Source: Carcharhinus longimanus (Eukaryota). Taken from it: 64,000 bases of DNA. The translations under genes and the position numbers were made by a program. Of the stretch, positions 24,083 to 35,852 are shown piece by piece. The notes beneath the pieces were generated by a model. That model did not search any database. It was not told the DNA's origin and was given only the letters and a program-made list of their open reading frames with translations. The stretch lies in NCBI GenBank assembly GCA_030264375.1, contig JASCQW010000001.1, forward strand, positions 91,411,853 to 91,475,852. The letters are read 5' to 3'. Position 1 is the stretch's first letter. Every line of letters starts with the position of its first letter.

Positions 24083-27000
24083 AAATGAGCTGTCAACAGA
24101 GCTGTCTAAGGGAGCTGTCCAGCTAACATTGTATTTAAAACTCCTGCCCTTTAAATGTTTCAGGAAAAGTTTTCATTAGTTAAAACAATCATTGCTTGCT
24201 ATCTCACGCTGTCTGTTGTCATAATCGTGAAGATTATCATTGCAAAATTAGTGCATGACTGATTTCATGAGCTTTCATTATCACAATGGGTGCCTGTCAG
24301 TTCACAGTTTGATTGATTGACAGCGCCAGGTGATTATGAATTCTTTGAAATGGGACTATGAATTCCACTGCTTGTTTTTATAAGGAGTTAATAGATGGGT
24401 ACAGAGACAGAGATTGTTAAGGAGTGTATGAGGAGTCAGTGGGGTAAGTCAAGATCATGAGGTGACATGGTTTGACATGGATGGAGTGAGGAGTGTGAGG
24501 GCTGGAGGGCTTTTCTGTTTTTGCCTTTTATCTCCTTGCTTCAACAAAGTGCTGGTGTACCGAAGCATGCCTAATGCCCTGCCACCACCGTACCTTGCAG
24601 CCTCTTTCCAACTATTTCCAATGTTGCCTGTCACAACTCTCATAAAACCTGCCCTCCAGAAATGAAAATCCAAAGATATGGAGGACTTTTTCTTGGGTTG
24701 ACTTTGCAGAGCCAGGAATAGTCCTTACTCTACACTCCCATTCCAGTGCAAAAAATTCAGGTCCCAGTTCAATAACATGACAAAAATGGGGTCCTGTCCT
24801 GTGATTTGTTCTGGATTCACAATGGAAATTCTGGCATTGTGAGGAAATTATCCCTTTTAAAAACTACTTGTCACCAAGGCCATTAGTTGAAGAACGTGTG
24901 GATGTCCAGCACTGCATCATCCAGGCTTCCTTTTTTTCTGTCGCCCAGTTAATTCAGATAATGTAGGTGGGTTCCAGATCTATTAACATAAGGTAGATTA
25001 ATGCATTCATGTGCAGCAAATCATAAATAATATGGAAAGTGTGGTGATGTTCATATGGATATGAAATTTCAGGCATGTTGGGCATCATTCAGGGCACAAT
25101 TAAGGGATGAAGGGGAAGAGTTGGGGTAATAGTCAATCACTTATATAGGCGTGAGATGGCTTTAGGGAAAGTCAATAAAGTTTTAAGTTGCACAGCTAGG
25201 TCCATTGAGTACAAATCTTTACTTAATTTAATTAATTTACTTATTTTATACTATAGTATGTCTGAAAAGATGTGCTCAGAATTAATTCTGATAAATGGTA
25301 AAGGATATTGAGGTTCAGAGAGACTGATCAGAATGATATTAAATCTTAAGACTTCATACTTATGAGGTAAACGCCAACATTTAGCTTTATTCAGTTAGGA
25401 AAAATGCAGGCCAGGAGGGCTTTTTTTGAATGAAGGAAATAATTTTAAACTGGATAGAGTTGAGATGTGGGCAACTGCTGAATATCATCTTAAACCATTG
25501 TCTTACTGTCATTTTAAAACTATTATGAGTGGGATTGTTTAATCCTGCCACTGGGCAGATCAGAAATTCCTACCCATAGACAACAGACTTTTGGCTGCTC
25601 TTCAAATTTTCCAATCCCACCCACAGCACTTCCCATCATGGGCGGGAGTGGAAAATCCTGACTTTCTTATCTGTACGAACAGAGGTTCAATATTATCATT
25701 TAAAATACTTAATTTTTAATTTCATAAATTAGATTCAAACAAAATGCCTACACCCACTTCAATTAAAATTAATTAATTTAGACTCATTAATTCATGCTTT
25801 TGTGTTGTATAAACACACCATGTCAATTGGAACATAATTTAAACAATAATTACAAAAGCTATTCTAAATATTTTCTTTTAGGTAAGAAACACAAAAAAGA
25901 ATCATGTTTATTCTTATATTCCACAGCTCTGTTTGTAAGTATTTCTGGGGTTGATTATCTGAATTTTGGAGAAGGTGGCCAACTAAGGTGAGGGTGAAAT
26001 GAATGTAATTTTAGTCATGTGCCTGGCAGGTGACACCATGTTGGACAATGAAAGAGGTGTGAAATTCAGTTTAGGACGGCAGGTTCGGGGTGAAAACGAA
26101 TAGAAAAGTTATAGAAGTAACAAAAACAAGAACCAGATAGTCTATCCATGAGTCCTGTACACTTTGGCCTGTGATGGGCTCCATCCCATCTTTTTAAGCC
26201 CAGTGAAGGAAAATTTTGCAAAAATGCTCAGTTTCCCAAAAGAACACAAGGAAATTATTCCAGTTAAAAAAAAATGCAAAATACTGTGGATGCTGGAGCT
26301 CTGACATAGAAACAACAGTGCTGGAAAAAAGTCAGCAGGTCTGGTAGCCCCTGTGGAAAGAGAAACAGAGTTAACGTCTCAAGTCCAATATGACTTCTAA
26401 ACTGCAAATTACTCATCTGTGATTACTTCTCCACAATTATTAAACTCTAGTTAGCAGTCTTTGACAACTATCTTCAATCCCAGGAAAAGAAGAAAAATAT
26501 CATGGGCAAAATAGTCAGATTTCAGACCAATAGAAGGGATCTTGAGGATGTGAAGTGGACATGGAATCTCACAGTTACAGCCTAGGTAGTTGTGGACGAG
26601 AGGAAGTCTTGGAGATTAAGGTCTAGATTTTGATCATGAAATGAGTTCTGTTTGGTTGTGGGAGGCTGTTGTGAGGTCAGGAAACCTGGAAGAATGGGTT
26701 TCCCAAATATCCTTCAAAATTTAAAGCAGGGTTCCTTTCAATGGGATTCCTCCCCACAGGCAGCTTGATTGATAGGCTGGAGACCTTTCAGATGGAAAGC
26801 CTGCTTCACAGCCAAAGCTTAAGTAAGAGTGAAAAAAAATCAGATTTTTTTTAGCAAGGTCCAGGGTTGGTTAGGGAGTTGGGGGGAGTAAACATATGGC
26901 AGGGGTGGAATGGTTAGGTTCAGTAGTTTATTAGGCCTGGTGGAAGCAGTTCTGCTCTTCCTTGTCCACAAGCAATGTCCAAAGACACCTAATGCATGGA

Positions 27001-28361
27001 TTTAGGCTTTTCTGTTTCTAAGGTGTCAGGTTTCCCAAGGCTTATGGAAACCTCTCAAATGAAGGCACGTTCTTTTGTCATAACATTTAAATAACCAGCC
27101 TTGTTCCTGCAAGTGAGATAGTTACTCATCCCTTATCCTGTCTTTGGTAAAACAAGAAATGGTGACTTCAAGTTGGGTTCATCTCCTGTTCCAGGTTATT
27201 TGCATTTTAACCTCTGGCGTGACCCCCAGTCTATCCATTTCTGAGAGTTAAGGTTCAGCTCTGAGTTGCTTGTAGAAGTATCATTATTATTAAACAAAAC
27301 AGTTTTTTACCAGTACAGATATCCTCTGCTAATGCGTTGCCCATACTGGAATGATACTGAGCCAGCTCTTGTATGATAGTTGAAGTCAGCGCAATGTTTC
27401 AGAAACCAGAATAACTTCAGGACTACTTCATGCCATAAAGTGGATTCCTTTCAACCTTGTGAATTCTCACTCACAAAGTTCTAGTGCCAAATTTCAACTT
27501 GCCAGAATTCTATTTACTTACACGGAATTAAAACTGAGCCCTTAAATTATTGTGACTTGGAAAATGAAATTTCTTCAAAATTTATCTCAAAAAGGGAATT
27601 GGATAAATACTTGAGGCAAAAAGATTGCAGTGATATTCGGAAAGAGCCATGCACTGGAACTAACATGATTGCTCTTCAACAGAGCCAGAATAGATGTGAA
27701 GGGCCACATATAATATTTGCGTATTAGTGATGACTGTAAGTGAAAGGAAAGGAAACATGAAAACATCCTTTAAAGGACTAAAAACTCATCATTTGGAAAA
27801 TATTAAAAGCTTTATGCACATTGAAATTAAATGTACGCAAAACCTACTTAATCAGTTAGGTTACCTCGGTCATTAAAACTGGAGATAAAGACTGTGATAA
27901 TATATGGAATACATGAATGGCATGTGGAATACATAAATGAAGTAAAAGTAGTCATACATAGCAAAAGACAAAAGAAGACAGAATTATCTATACTAAATGG
28001 AAAAGGCTAGTGGCTAGATTTTCTTCCATCATACCAGCCAAAATCAGTCAGGACAATGACAGAGAATAAAGGACAAATTGAGTATTGAGGTCTACCACTA
28101 TATTGACCTCAATTTTGCTGCCATCCCTACATCCTAAGATTCTAAAAGAGATTGCTGCAGAGACAGTGGATGCATTGGCTCTGATTTTCCAAAATCCCCA
28201 AGATTCCATTAGATTGGAAATTAGCTCATGTAACACCACCATTCAAGGAAGGAAGGAGATAGAAAATGGAACTACAGGTTAGTAATCTTAACATCAGTCA
28301 TTGGGAAAGTGCTAGAATATATTATTAAGAAAGTCTTAACAATGCACTTAGAAAAGTATAG

Positions 28362-28733
28362 TGGTCGGGATTCTCCCAAAAAAGATTCTAAGTGCCGAAT
28401 TTGCATAAAAATGGGAGTAATTCCTGTTTTTTTTGGCGGGATTTTCAAAATGAATCTCCTACAGTCTGTGCACTGCAGAGTACCTCCGGGAGATCCATGC
28501 AGAAAATCTTGGGGTGGGGCCTATTCCCGCTGGAGAGGCCCCAGCATAGCAATGAGCGTGCCACAACGCACATGTCAGTCTGTTATAGTGGAGATCTGCA
28601 CATGCACAGTAGCCCTGCACCACCAGTCACTGCAAATCTGGAGTTGGAGATGCATGGAGGCCTTGACACCCAGCGGGAATCCCGCTAAATGGCCTCTGCG
28701 AGAGCACCACAGTAAGCTAGGAGAATCACCCCC
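28362..28733. mobile_element. GC-rich MITE (Harbinger-like) inserted in CR1
   Basis: Ends ggtcgggattctccc / ggagaatcacccc are imperfect inverted repeats; the CR1 frame resumes across it; related to 48651-49975. Confidence 0.65.
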
Positions 28734-29490
28734 ATATGATTAGAACAAGTCAACATGGTATATAGACAGGGAAATCCCGTTTGATAAAGTTGTTAGTCTT
28801 TTGAGGATGTATAAGTGGGGTAAATAAAGGGAACTAGATGTAACATACTTGGATTTCCAAAAGGGTTTGAATAAAATGCCACATTAAAGTTTAGGTAGTT
28901 TGGAATTGGGGATAATATCTTGGCTTGGATAAAGGATTTGTTAATGGACAAGAAGCAGAGATTAGGCATGAATAGAATATTTTCAAGCAGGCAGGTTGTC
29001 ACTAGTAGAGTGCTACAAGGATCAGCGCTGAGGTCTCAGCCATTTACTATCTATATTAATGACTCAAATGAAGAGGCAAAGAGTAATGTATCTAAGTTTG
29101 GAGACAATACAAAGTTATGAGGAGAACACAGGCTGCAAAGAGATATAGACAGATTTAGTGAGGGCAACAGGATGGAAGATGGGGTACAATGTGGGGAAGT
29201 CATAAGAATTAAAATGCAGGGTTTTTTTTAGGTGGCATGAAACTTGTATATTTTGATCTTCAGAGCGACCTGGATGTGTTTGTATAAGGAACACAAAAAG
29301 TTAGCTTGCAGGCACTGCAAGCAATTAGGAAGGCAAATGGCATGTTGACTTTTCTTGCAAGGGGTTTGGAGCATAGGAATAAAAAAGTCTTGCCGCAGGG
29401 CTTTGGTGAAACCACGCCTAGAATACAATGTGCAATTTTGCTCTCCTTATTTAAGTAAGGATATATTTGAGAAGGCAGATTTATTTTTGG

Positions 29491-29790
29491 GGTGGCATGG
29501 TGGCACAGTGGTTAGTACTGCTGCTTCAGCACCATGGACCCAGGTTCAATTCCCAGCTTGGGTCACTCTCAGTGGGGGAGTTTGCATGTTCTCCTCATGT
29601 CTGTGCAAGTTTCCTCCAGGTGCTCCAGTTTCCTCCCACAGTTCAAAAGATGTCTGGTTAGGTGCATTGGCCATGCTAAATTCTCGCTCAGTGTACCCAA
29701 AGAGATGCAGGAGTGTGGCAACTAGAGGATTTTCACTGTGCTTCATTGCACTGTTAATGTAAGCCTATTTGTGACACTTATAAATAAATT
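29491..29790 (+). mobile_element. tRNA-derived V-SINE, variant with a different 3' tail
   Basis: HE1-like head and centre; tail cttcattgcactgttaatgtaagcctatttgtgacactta; inverted copy at 31031-31316. Confidence 0.75.
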
Positions 29791-30324
29791 TGTGTTGGAG
29801 GCAATACAGCAAAGCTTCACTAGATTGAGCTCTGGATTGAGAGAGTTGTCCTGTGGTAAGTGGTTGAGTGAATTGGGCCTACATTCTCTGTAGTTTAGAA
29901 GAGTGAGAGCTGATCTCATTCATTGGAACATACAAGATTCCAAGGGGGTTTGCCAGTGTAAAAACTGAGAGATTGTTTCTTCTGGCTAAGGTATCTAAAA
30001 CAAGAGGCACAGTTTCAGGATATGGGGATGTTCATTTAGAACTGAGAGGAGGAGAAATTTTGTCATTCAAAGGTATGTGAATCTTTGGCATTCTCTATCT
30101 CAGAGGCTGTGGACACTGTTGTTGAATATATTTAAGACTGGGATAAACAAATCATACAATCATAGAATTCTGCAGTGCCGAAGGAGGCCATTCGGTCATC
30201 AAGCCTGCACTGACAACAATCCTACCCAGGCCTATCCCTGTAACCCCATGTATTTACCCTCCTAATCCCCCTGACACTAAGGGTCAATTTAGCATGGCCA
30301 ATCAACCTAACCTGCACATCCTTG

Positions 30325-30592
30325 GAATGCACTTACGCAAGGATATTTTGGCCTTGGAGGGAGTGCAGAGGAGGTTTACTAGGCTGATGCCGGAGTTGAG
30401 GGGGNNNNNNNNNNNNNNNNNNNNNNNNNNNNNNNNNNNNNNNNNNNNNNNNNNNNNNNNNNNNNNNNNNNNNNNNNNNNNNNNNNNNNNNNNNNNNNNN
30501 NNNNCAGCCATGATCTAATTGAATGGTGGGGCAGGCTCGAAGGGCAAGATGGCCTACTCCTGTTCCTATTTCTTATGTTCTTATGTTCTTAT
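30325..30592 (+). mobile_element. Young CR1 3' end spanning a gap
   Basis: HLRKDILALEGVQRRFTRLMPELRG, then gap, then canonical tail. Confidence 0.9.
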
Positions 30593-31030
30593 CCCTGCAG
30601 CTTTCTCTTGTGTTCTTGCATTCTTATGTTCTTACTGTTAGTCTCCTCTTCCACAGCTTTAGAATGTAAATAGTTTTGGGGAAGCCTGGGTTCCCGGCTC
30701 ATTCTTGCTCCAGCTGTCTAGTTACTGCTGCTTCTTGGCACCATCAGGTAGTGTTGACAGGAGTCTCATTATAGCAATGACAAATACCCTGAGATCAGGG
30801 AAGAAGGGGAGATTCTAATAGGGACATTAGTTCATGTCTAGGCTCATCCTGATGGTATCAGTTTTGGTGCATCTATTGGGGCCTCTTGCCCCATTGTGTA
30901 ATGCTATCATTTCATCTGTTTCTTTTCTCTTTGTTCTTTCATGGGATGTGGGCACTGCAGGCAAGACCAGCTTTTGTTGCCCATCCCTAATTGCCACACT
31001 ATTTCAGCTGGCTGTTAAGAGTCAACCACA

Positions 31031-31316
31031 TAAAGAAAGTTTATTTATTAGTCATAAATAGTTTTACATTAACACTGCAATGAAGTTACTTTGAAAATCC
31101 TGCAGTCACCACATTCTGGTGCCAGGTACACTGAGGGAGAATTTAGCATAGCCAATCTGCCTAATCAGCACATTTTTCAGATTGTGGAGGAAATTGGAGC
31201 CCCCAAAGGAAACCCACGCAGGAAGAATGTGCAAACTCCACACAGTGACCCAAGCCAGGAATTAAACCCAGGCCCCTGGAACTGTGAGGCAGCAGTGCTA
31301 ACCACTGTACCACCGT
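31031..31316 (-). mobile_element. tRNA-derived V-SINE
   Basis: Reverse complement of the 29491 variant. Confidence 0.75.
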
Positions 31317-31422
31317 ACTGCCCCATTACTGTGGGTCTGGAGTTACATGTAGGGCAGACCAGGTAAGGATGACAGATTTCCTTTCCAAAAGAACAGTTGT
31401 GATCCAGATGTATTTTTATAAT

Positions 31423-32280
31423 CAAAGAACAAAGAAAATTACAGCACATGAACAGGCCCTTCGGTCCTCCAAGCCTGCACCGACCATGCTGCCCAACTGA
31501 CCTAACACCCCCATCCTTCCGGGGACCATATCCTTCCATTCCCCTCCTATTCATGTATTTGTCAAGATACCCCTTAAAAGTCACTGTCGTATCTACTTCC
31601 ACTACCTCCCTGGCAGTGAATTCCAGGCATCCACCACCCTCTCTTGCCTCGTGTGTCTCCTTTAAACTTGCACCTTAAACCTATGCCTCGCCCCCCTAGT
31701 AATTGACTCTTCCACCCTGGGAGAAAGCTTCTGACTATCCATTCTGTCCATGCCCCTCATAATCTTCTGGACTTCTATCAGGTCGCCTATCAACCTCCGA
31801 GGTTCCAGTGCGAACAAACCAAGTTTCCCCAACCTCTCCTCACAGCTAATGCTCTCCACAACAGGCAACGTCCTGGTAAATCTTTTCTGTACCCTCTCCA
31901 AAGCCTCCACATCCTTCTGGTAGCCTGACGACCAGAATTGAACACTATATTCCAAGATTGCGGCCTAACCAAGGTTCTATAAAGCTGCAACATGACTTGC
32001 CAATTTTTAAACTCAGTAGTCCGGCCGATGAAGGCAAGCATGCCATATGCCTTCTTGACTACCTTCTCACCTGCATTGCCACTTTCAATGACCTGTGGAC
32101 CTGTACAGCCAGATCCCTCTGCCTATCAATACTCTTAAGGGTTCTGCCATTCACTGTACATTTCCTATCTGTATTTGACCTTCCAAAATGCATTACCTCA
32201 CATTTGTCCGGATTAAACTTCATCTGTCGTTTCTCCATCCAAGTCACCAGCCGATCTATATCCCTCTGTACCCTCACCGC
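31423..32280 (-). mobile_element. CR1 3' fragment
   Basis: QMKFNPDKCEVMHFGRSN; LYRTLVRP; EYSVQFWS..KDVEALERVQKRFTR; (ttctttg)n tail. Confidence 0.9.
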
Positions 32281-34399
32281 TATCTGCAAATCAACAACAG
32301 TTTCAATGGTTTTACTGTTATTGAGACTAACTTTTTTAATTTTAGAGTATTATTTAAATTTAAATTCCATCAGCTGCCATGGCAGGATTTGAATCCTTAT
32401 TCCCAGAGTATTAGCTTGAGCCGCTGGATTACTGGCCCAGTGAATTACTATTAGGTCATCATTTCCCTCTGGGTTTTGCACAATGTTTACTGGAAACTTC
32501 TGATGCTTGAAGTTCATCAAGTATTAACCATTTTTGTTGAATTTGTTTCTACATGTTCTTCTTTTAAGCATTTCAATTCTTTCTTTCAAGTGCTCTACTT
32601 CCTGTGAACGGCATCCCAGTGTTCCCATTAATTCTTGTTTAACTTAATTGAATGCATCTTTTATACAATAAAGTTGATTCTGTAGTTTTTCCTTGGCAGA
32701 GTATTTATCCTCTGTGCTATCATCCATGCCGAGATTTCATACTTCTGCTCCTCCTAATTGTTTTTGAGACTCTTCACAACTTTTGTGAGAGGTGTCTATC
32801 TTCTCTTGCCATTCTAGATTCTTGTTTTTCATTTGTTCATATATCTGCTCGAAAATGTGATTTGTTATTCAAAGTTTTCTTCCGGTTGCTTCACAATTTA
32901 CAATTTTTGTGCTTTACTAGGGGTTTCCTGTGCTTCTTTCTAAATGCAATACGCACCACAACTTGAAGATTAAAATATAATCAAATGCTTTTAATATTTC
33001 ATTGAAACTGTTTGAGGATTCTTTAATGCACTGCATTAAGGTTACGTCATCAATAAGTTCATCAAACCAATATAAAAATGTATTAATCTGGACTTTTTCT
33101 GACTTTTACTTACAGCTGATGTATTCTGGTAGTTTAAAAGTTCTCTTTTCCAGGATACCCAATTTTCTGTAATTTTTGATTCTTGGATGATTCCAAACTG
33201 ATCTTGGAGGTTGAATTTTTAGTCCATGTTTTAAAAAAAATTAATGAATAGGTTTAACTTTAAGAGGTTGCTGAAATTCAAAATGGCATTACTCTTTGCA
33301 GACAAATGGTTTGCGCCTGGATCAACTAGCTGCAGACTTCTCCATTTCAATGCTATGCTTTAGGGTCACGACAGCGATGAATCCTGGCTGTTGTTTAAAG
33401 CTGATTCTTTAGTTGCAACTCTTCCAAATTAATTAATTAATTTCTTCTTATTTTTGGAGCGAGCTGGGTGCCTTTCCAACTAAGTTTTTAAATGGCAATT
33501 TCTGACCACTGAACTATTTAAAAGTTTCTCAGGACTTGCTGTATCCTGAAATTTAAAAGTTTTAGCTTGCCCCTGCTAGGTCTACTGACTCTGCACTCTG
33601 GCAATTGAAGCTGGAATTCCAAGAGATTCCATGGAGTCTTCTGCTGCTGTGAGGAATTTTAGATTGCTGCTTTCAGCTTCCGAGCCTTTGGAGCTTTCCC
33701 CGATGATTTTTCTCTGTGCGTTTGCTTCTCAAGCTTTTCTTCAGGTCAGAATTCTTCTTCGAATTTTTCTTTGGTTTTGCAGGATTTTAGTTTTTCTCCG
33801 CAATTTTTGCAAAGTTTTGTGTTTTTCAATTCACTGCCAACCTGTTTAGGATGTTGGGTGCTGTTCAGTAGGCCCTAATGAAGTCTTTAAAGTCTTAAAT
33901 AGGTTAACTACATGTGGTTAATTATGTAAAACAATCAGGATTCTCACCTTCACATTGGTATGCTTCCTCTTGGCAGCAACAATTCTCCTGGGCACAACAA
34001 ACAACTTCACTGAGTTTGTGTCAGATGAATATGGAGGAATTGGGGGATTCCCAGTCCACTAGAATTCAATCTGGCAATGGACTGCCCAGGCCAGAATGCA
34101 GGGCAGTAGAATATTATTTACCCATTCACTGATTATAAAACCAAGATTGTTGTTACGTTTGATTATTTTATTTTTGTTAATATTTTGTGCTCTTATATTC
34201 CACTCTTGAGGAAGTTAAATCCTTGCTGCGATACATTTTCATGTTTCTGGTATCTGATACTGACCATTATTTCAATAATCAATAATTTCTGTGTGTCTGT
34301 ACACTTCACTGATATTCAGTGGACACTAAGACTGAAGATGATGGTGTATAAATGATCTAACAAGAATTAAGAACTTAAATAAATCAGCATAAGAAATAG

Positions 34400-34860
34400 A
34401 GAAATTCATGTGACTAACTGGTGATGAATTCTGGAGACTTGATGACTTCAATCCTAGGGTTTTAAAAGAGATAGTTGCAGAGGTAATGAATGCAATAAAT
34501 TCGATCTTTCAGAATTCTTTTGATTCCGGTACAGTTCTTAAGGATAGGAAGGCAGCAAACAGAATCCATTATTTAAGAGAAAAGGAAAGGGGAAAACATG
34601 AAACTATGAGCCAGTTGGCATAATATCAGTAGTAAGTAAAATGAAGATTCTGGTATTAAAGAAGTGGTAACAGGGCACTTGGGAAATCATAATATAATTA
34701 GGCAGCGTATTAAGATTTATTAAGGGGAGTTCGACAAATCTGTTCTCCTTATACATCTTATGAGTTACGTCTGCAAAATTTGAGGATGTAACTCATAAGA
34801 TGTATAAGGAGAACCAGCGGATGTAGTGTATTTAAACTTTCAAAAGTTATTCAATAACAT
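34400..34860 (+). mobile_element. Old CR1 RT fragment
   Basis: PRVLKEIVAEV..IFQNSFDSGTV.KD.KAAN-like translation. Confidence 0.7.
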
Positions 34861-35748
34861 TTCCAGACAAGAGTCAAGTCTCTGTCCACTGCAGCAAGAT
34901 TAGAGAATCCCAGGTGTGAGAGAGACTGGAGAATTCAGCCCTATGTGTTTCCTTTCCAATAAGATGTTATTCCTCTTTGTTTCTTTTTATGCTTTGCAAG
35001 TAAGTTAACTCAAGCTAGGTTGACTTTCTGCTGACCTGATTTACATTTCCTATCAAAGATTATGTGAATTGGCTAATATACTATACACACCAAATTGAAC
35101 CAAATGATTTTATTTTTTCTCCCCTAGAGGTAAAACTTGCCAAGAACATTCGTGCAAAATAGGCAGATTGCAAATTATTAGCCCATTTCATGCTGTGTCC
35201 TGTTTTCTTTTCCATGCAGAAATATTTGCTGATTAACAATCAGCCATTTTGTGCTACTGTCAACAATTTCACCCCCAAATTGTCCTGTTCACACAGTTCT
35301 TAATATAAAGTCCAGTTGAACAATGCAAGCTTTCTGTAATTTAGAAACAGTGGAAATTAAATCTATGATCTTGTGGTCAGTGAACATTCAGAGTTTATGC
35401 TGTCCAGCCATTATTATTTTTGGACTATTGTAAATTACTGAGAGACAATTAATGGACACAAATTAACAAAGTTTCTGAAAACCAGAGTACATATACATTT
35501 ATTGCACTCAGATGACTAAATGATTTAACCCAGTTCCTAATGATTTTAAAGACCATTACATTTTCTTTTAAGGTACAAGGACAGTCTTTATGAAACAAAA
35601 GCCCTTAGTCTCATAATGGTAAAATTTCTTTGAGTTATTTTACACCTTTCATCACCTATTTTTAGTAAAGAAATCCCAAAAGACTAAGTTTAATTTTGTA
35701 AAGCTTTATGTGATACAGTATTCATGAAAAATTCTTCCTTTGTTGTAG

Positions 35749-35852
35749 ATCCCAATTCAGATGATTTTGACCCTACTTCAACAAAAAGCAAGTATGACTC
35801 AATGGATTTTGACACCTTGCTGAGAGAGGCTCAGTACTGCCTGCGTAGGTAA
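35749..35852 (+). CDS. PPARGC1A: PGC-1alpha terminal coding exon (exon 13 equivalent)
   Basis: ttgtag|AT acceptor; (D)PNSDDFDPTSTKSKYDSMDFDTLLREAQYCLRR*, stop TAA at 35850-35852. Confidence 0.97.

Larger units (their letters stand above)
28122..30150 (+). mobile_element. Old CR1 ORF2 with nested MITE (28362-28733) and SINE (29491-29790)
   Basis: LHPKILKEIAAETVDALALIFQN...HLEKY | insertion | MIRTSQHG...VLQGSAL...VSKFGDNTKL...LVKPRLEYNVQFCSPYL. Confidence 0.85.

Noticed and set aside
35128-35236. Alternative terminal exon read from the 35127 acceptor (GKTCQEHSCK...)
   Set aside because: The peptide has no similarity to the RRM or exon 12; only the 2-nt interpretation is kept as a finding
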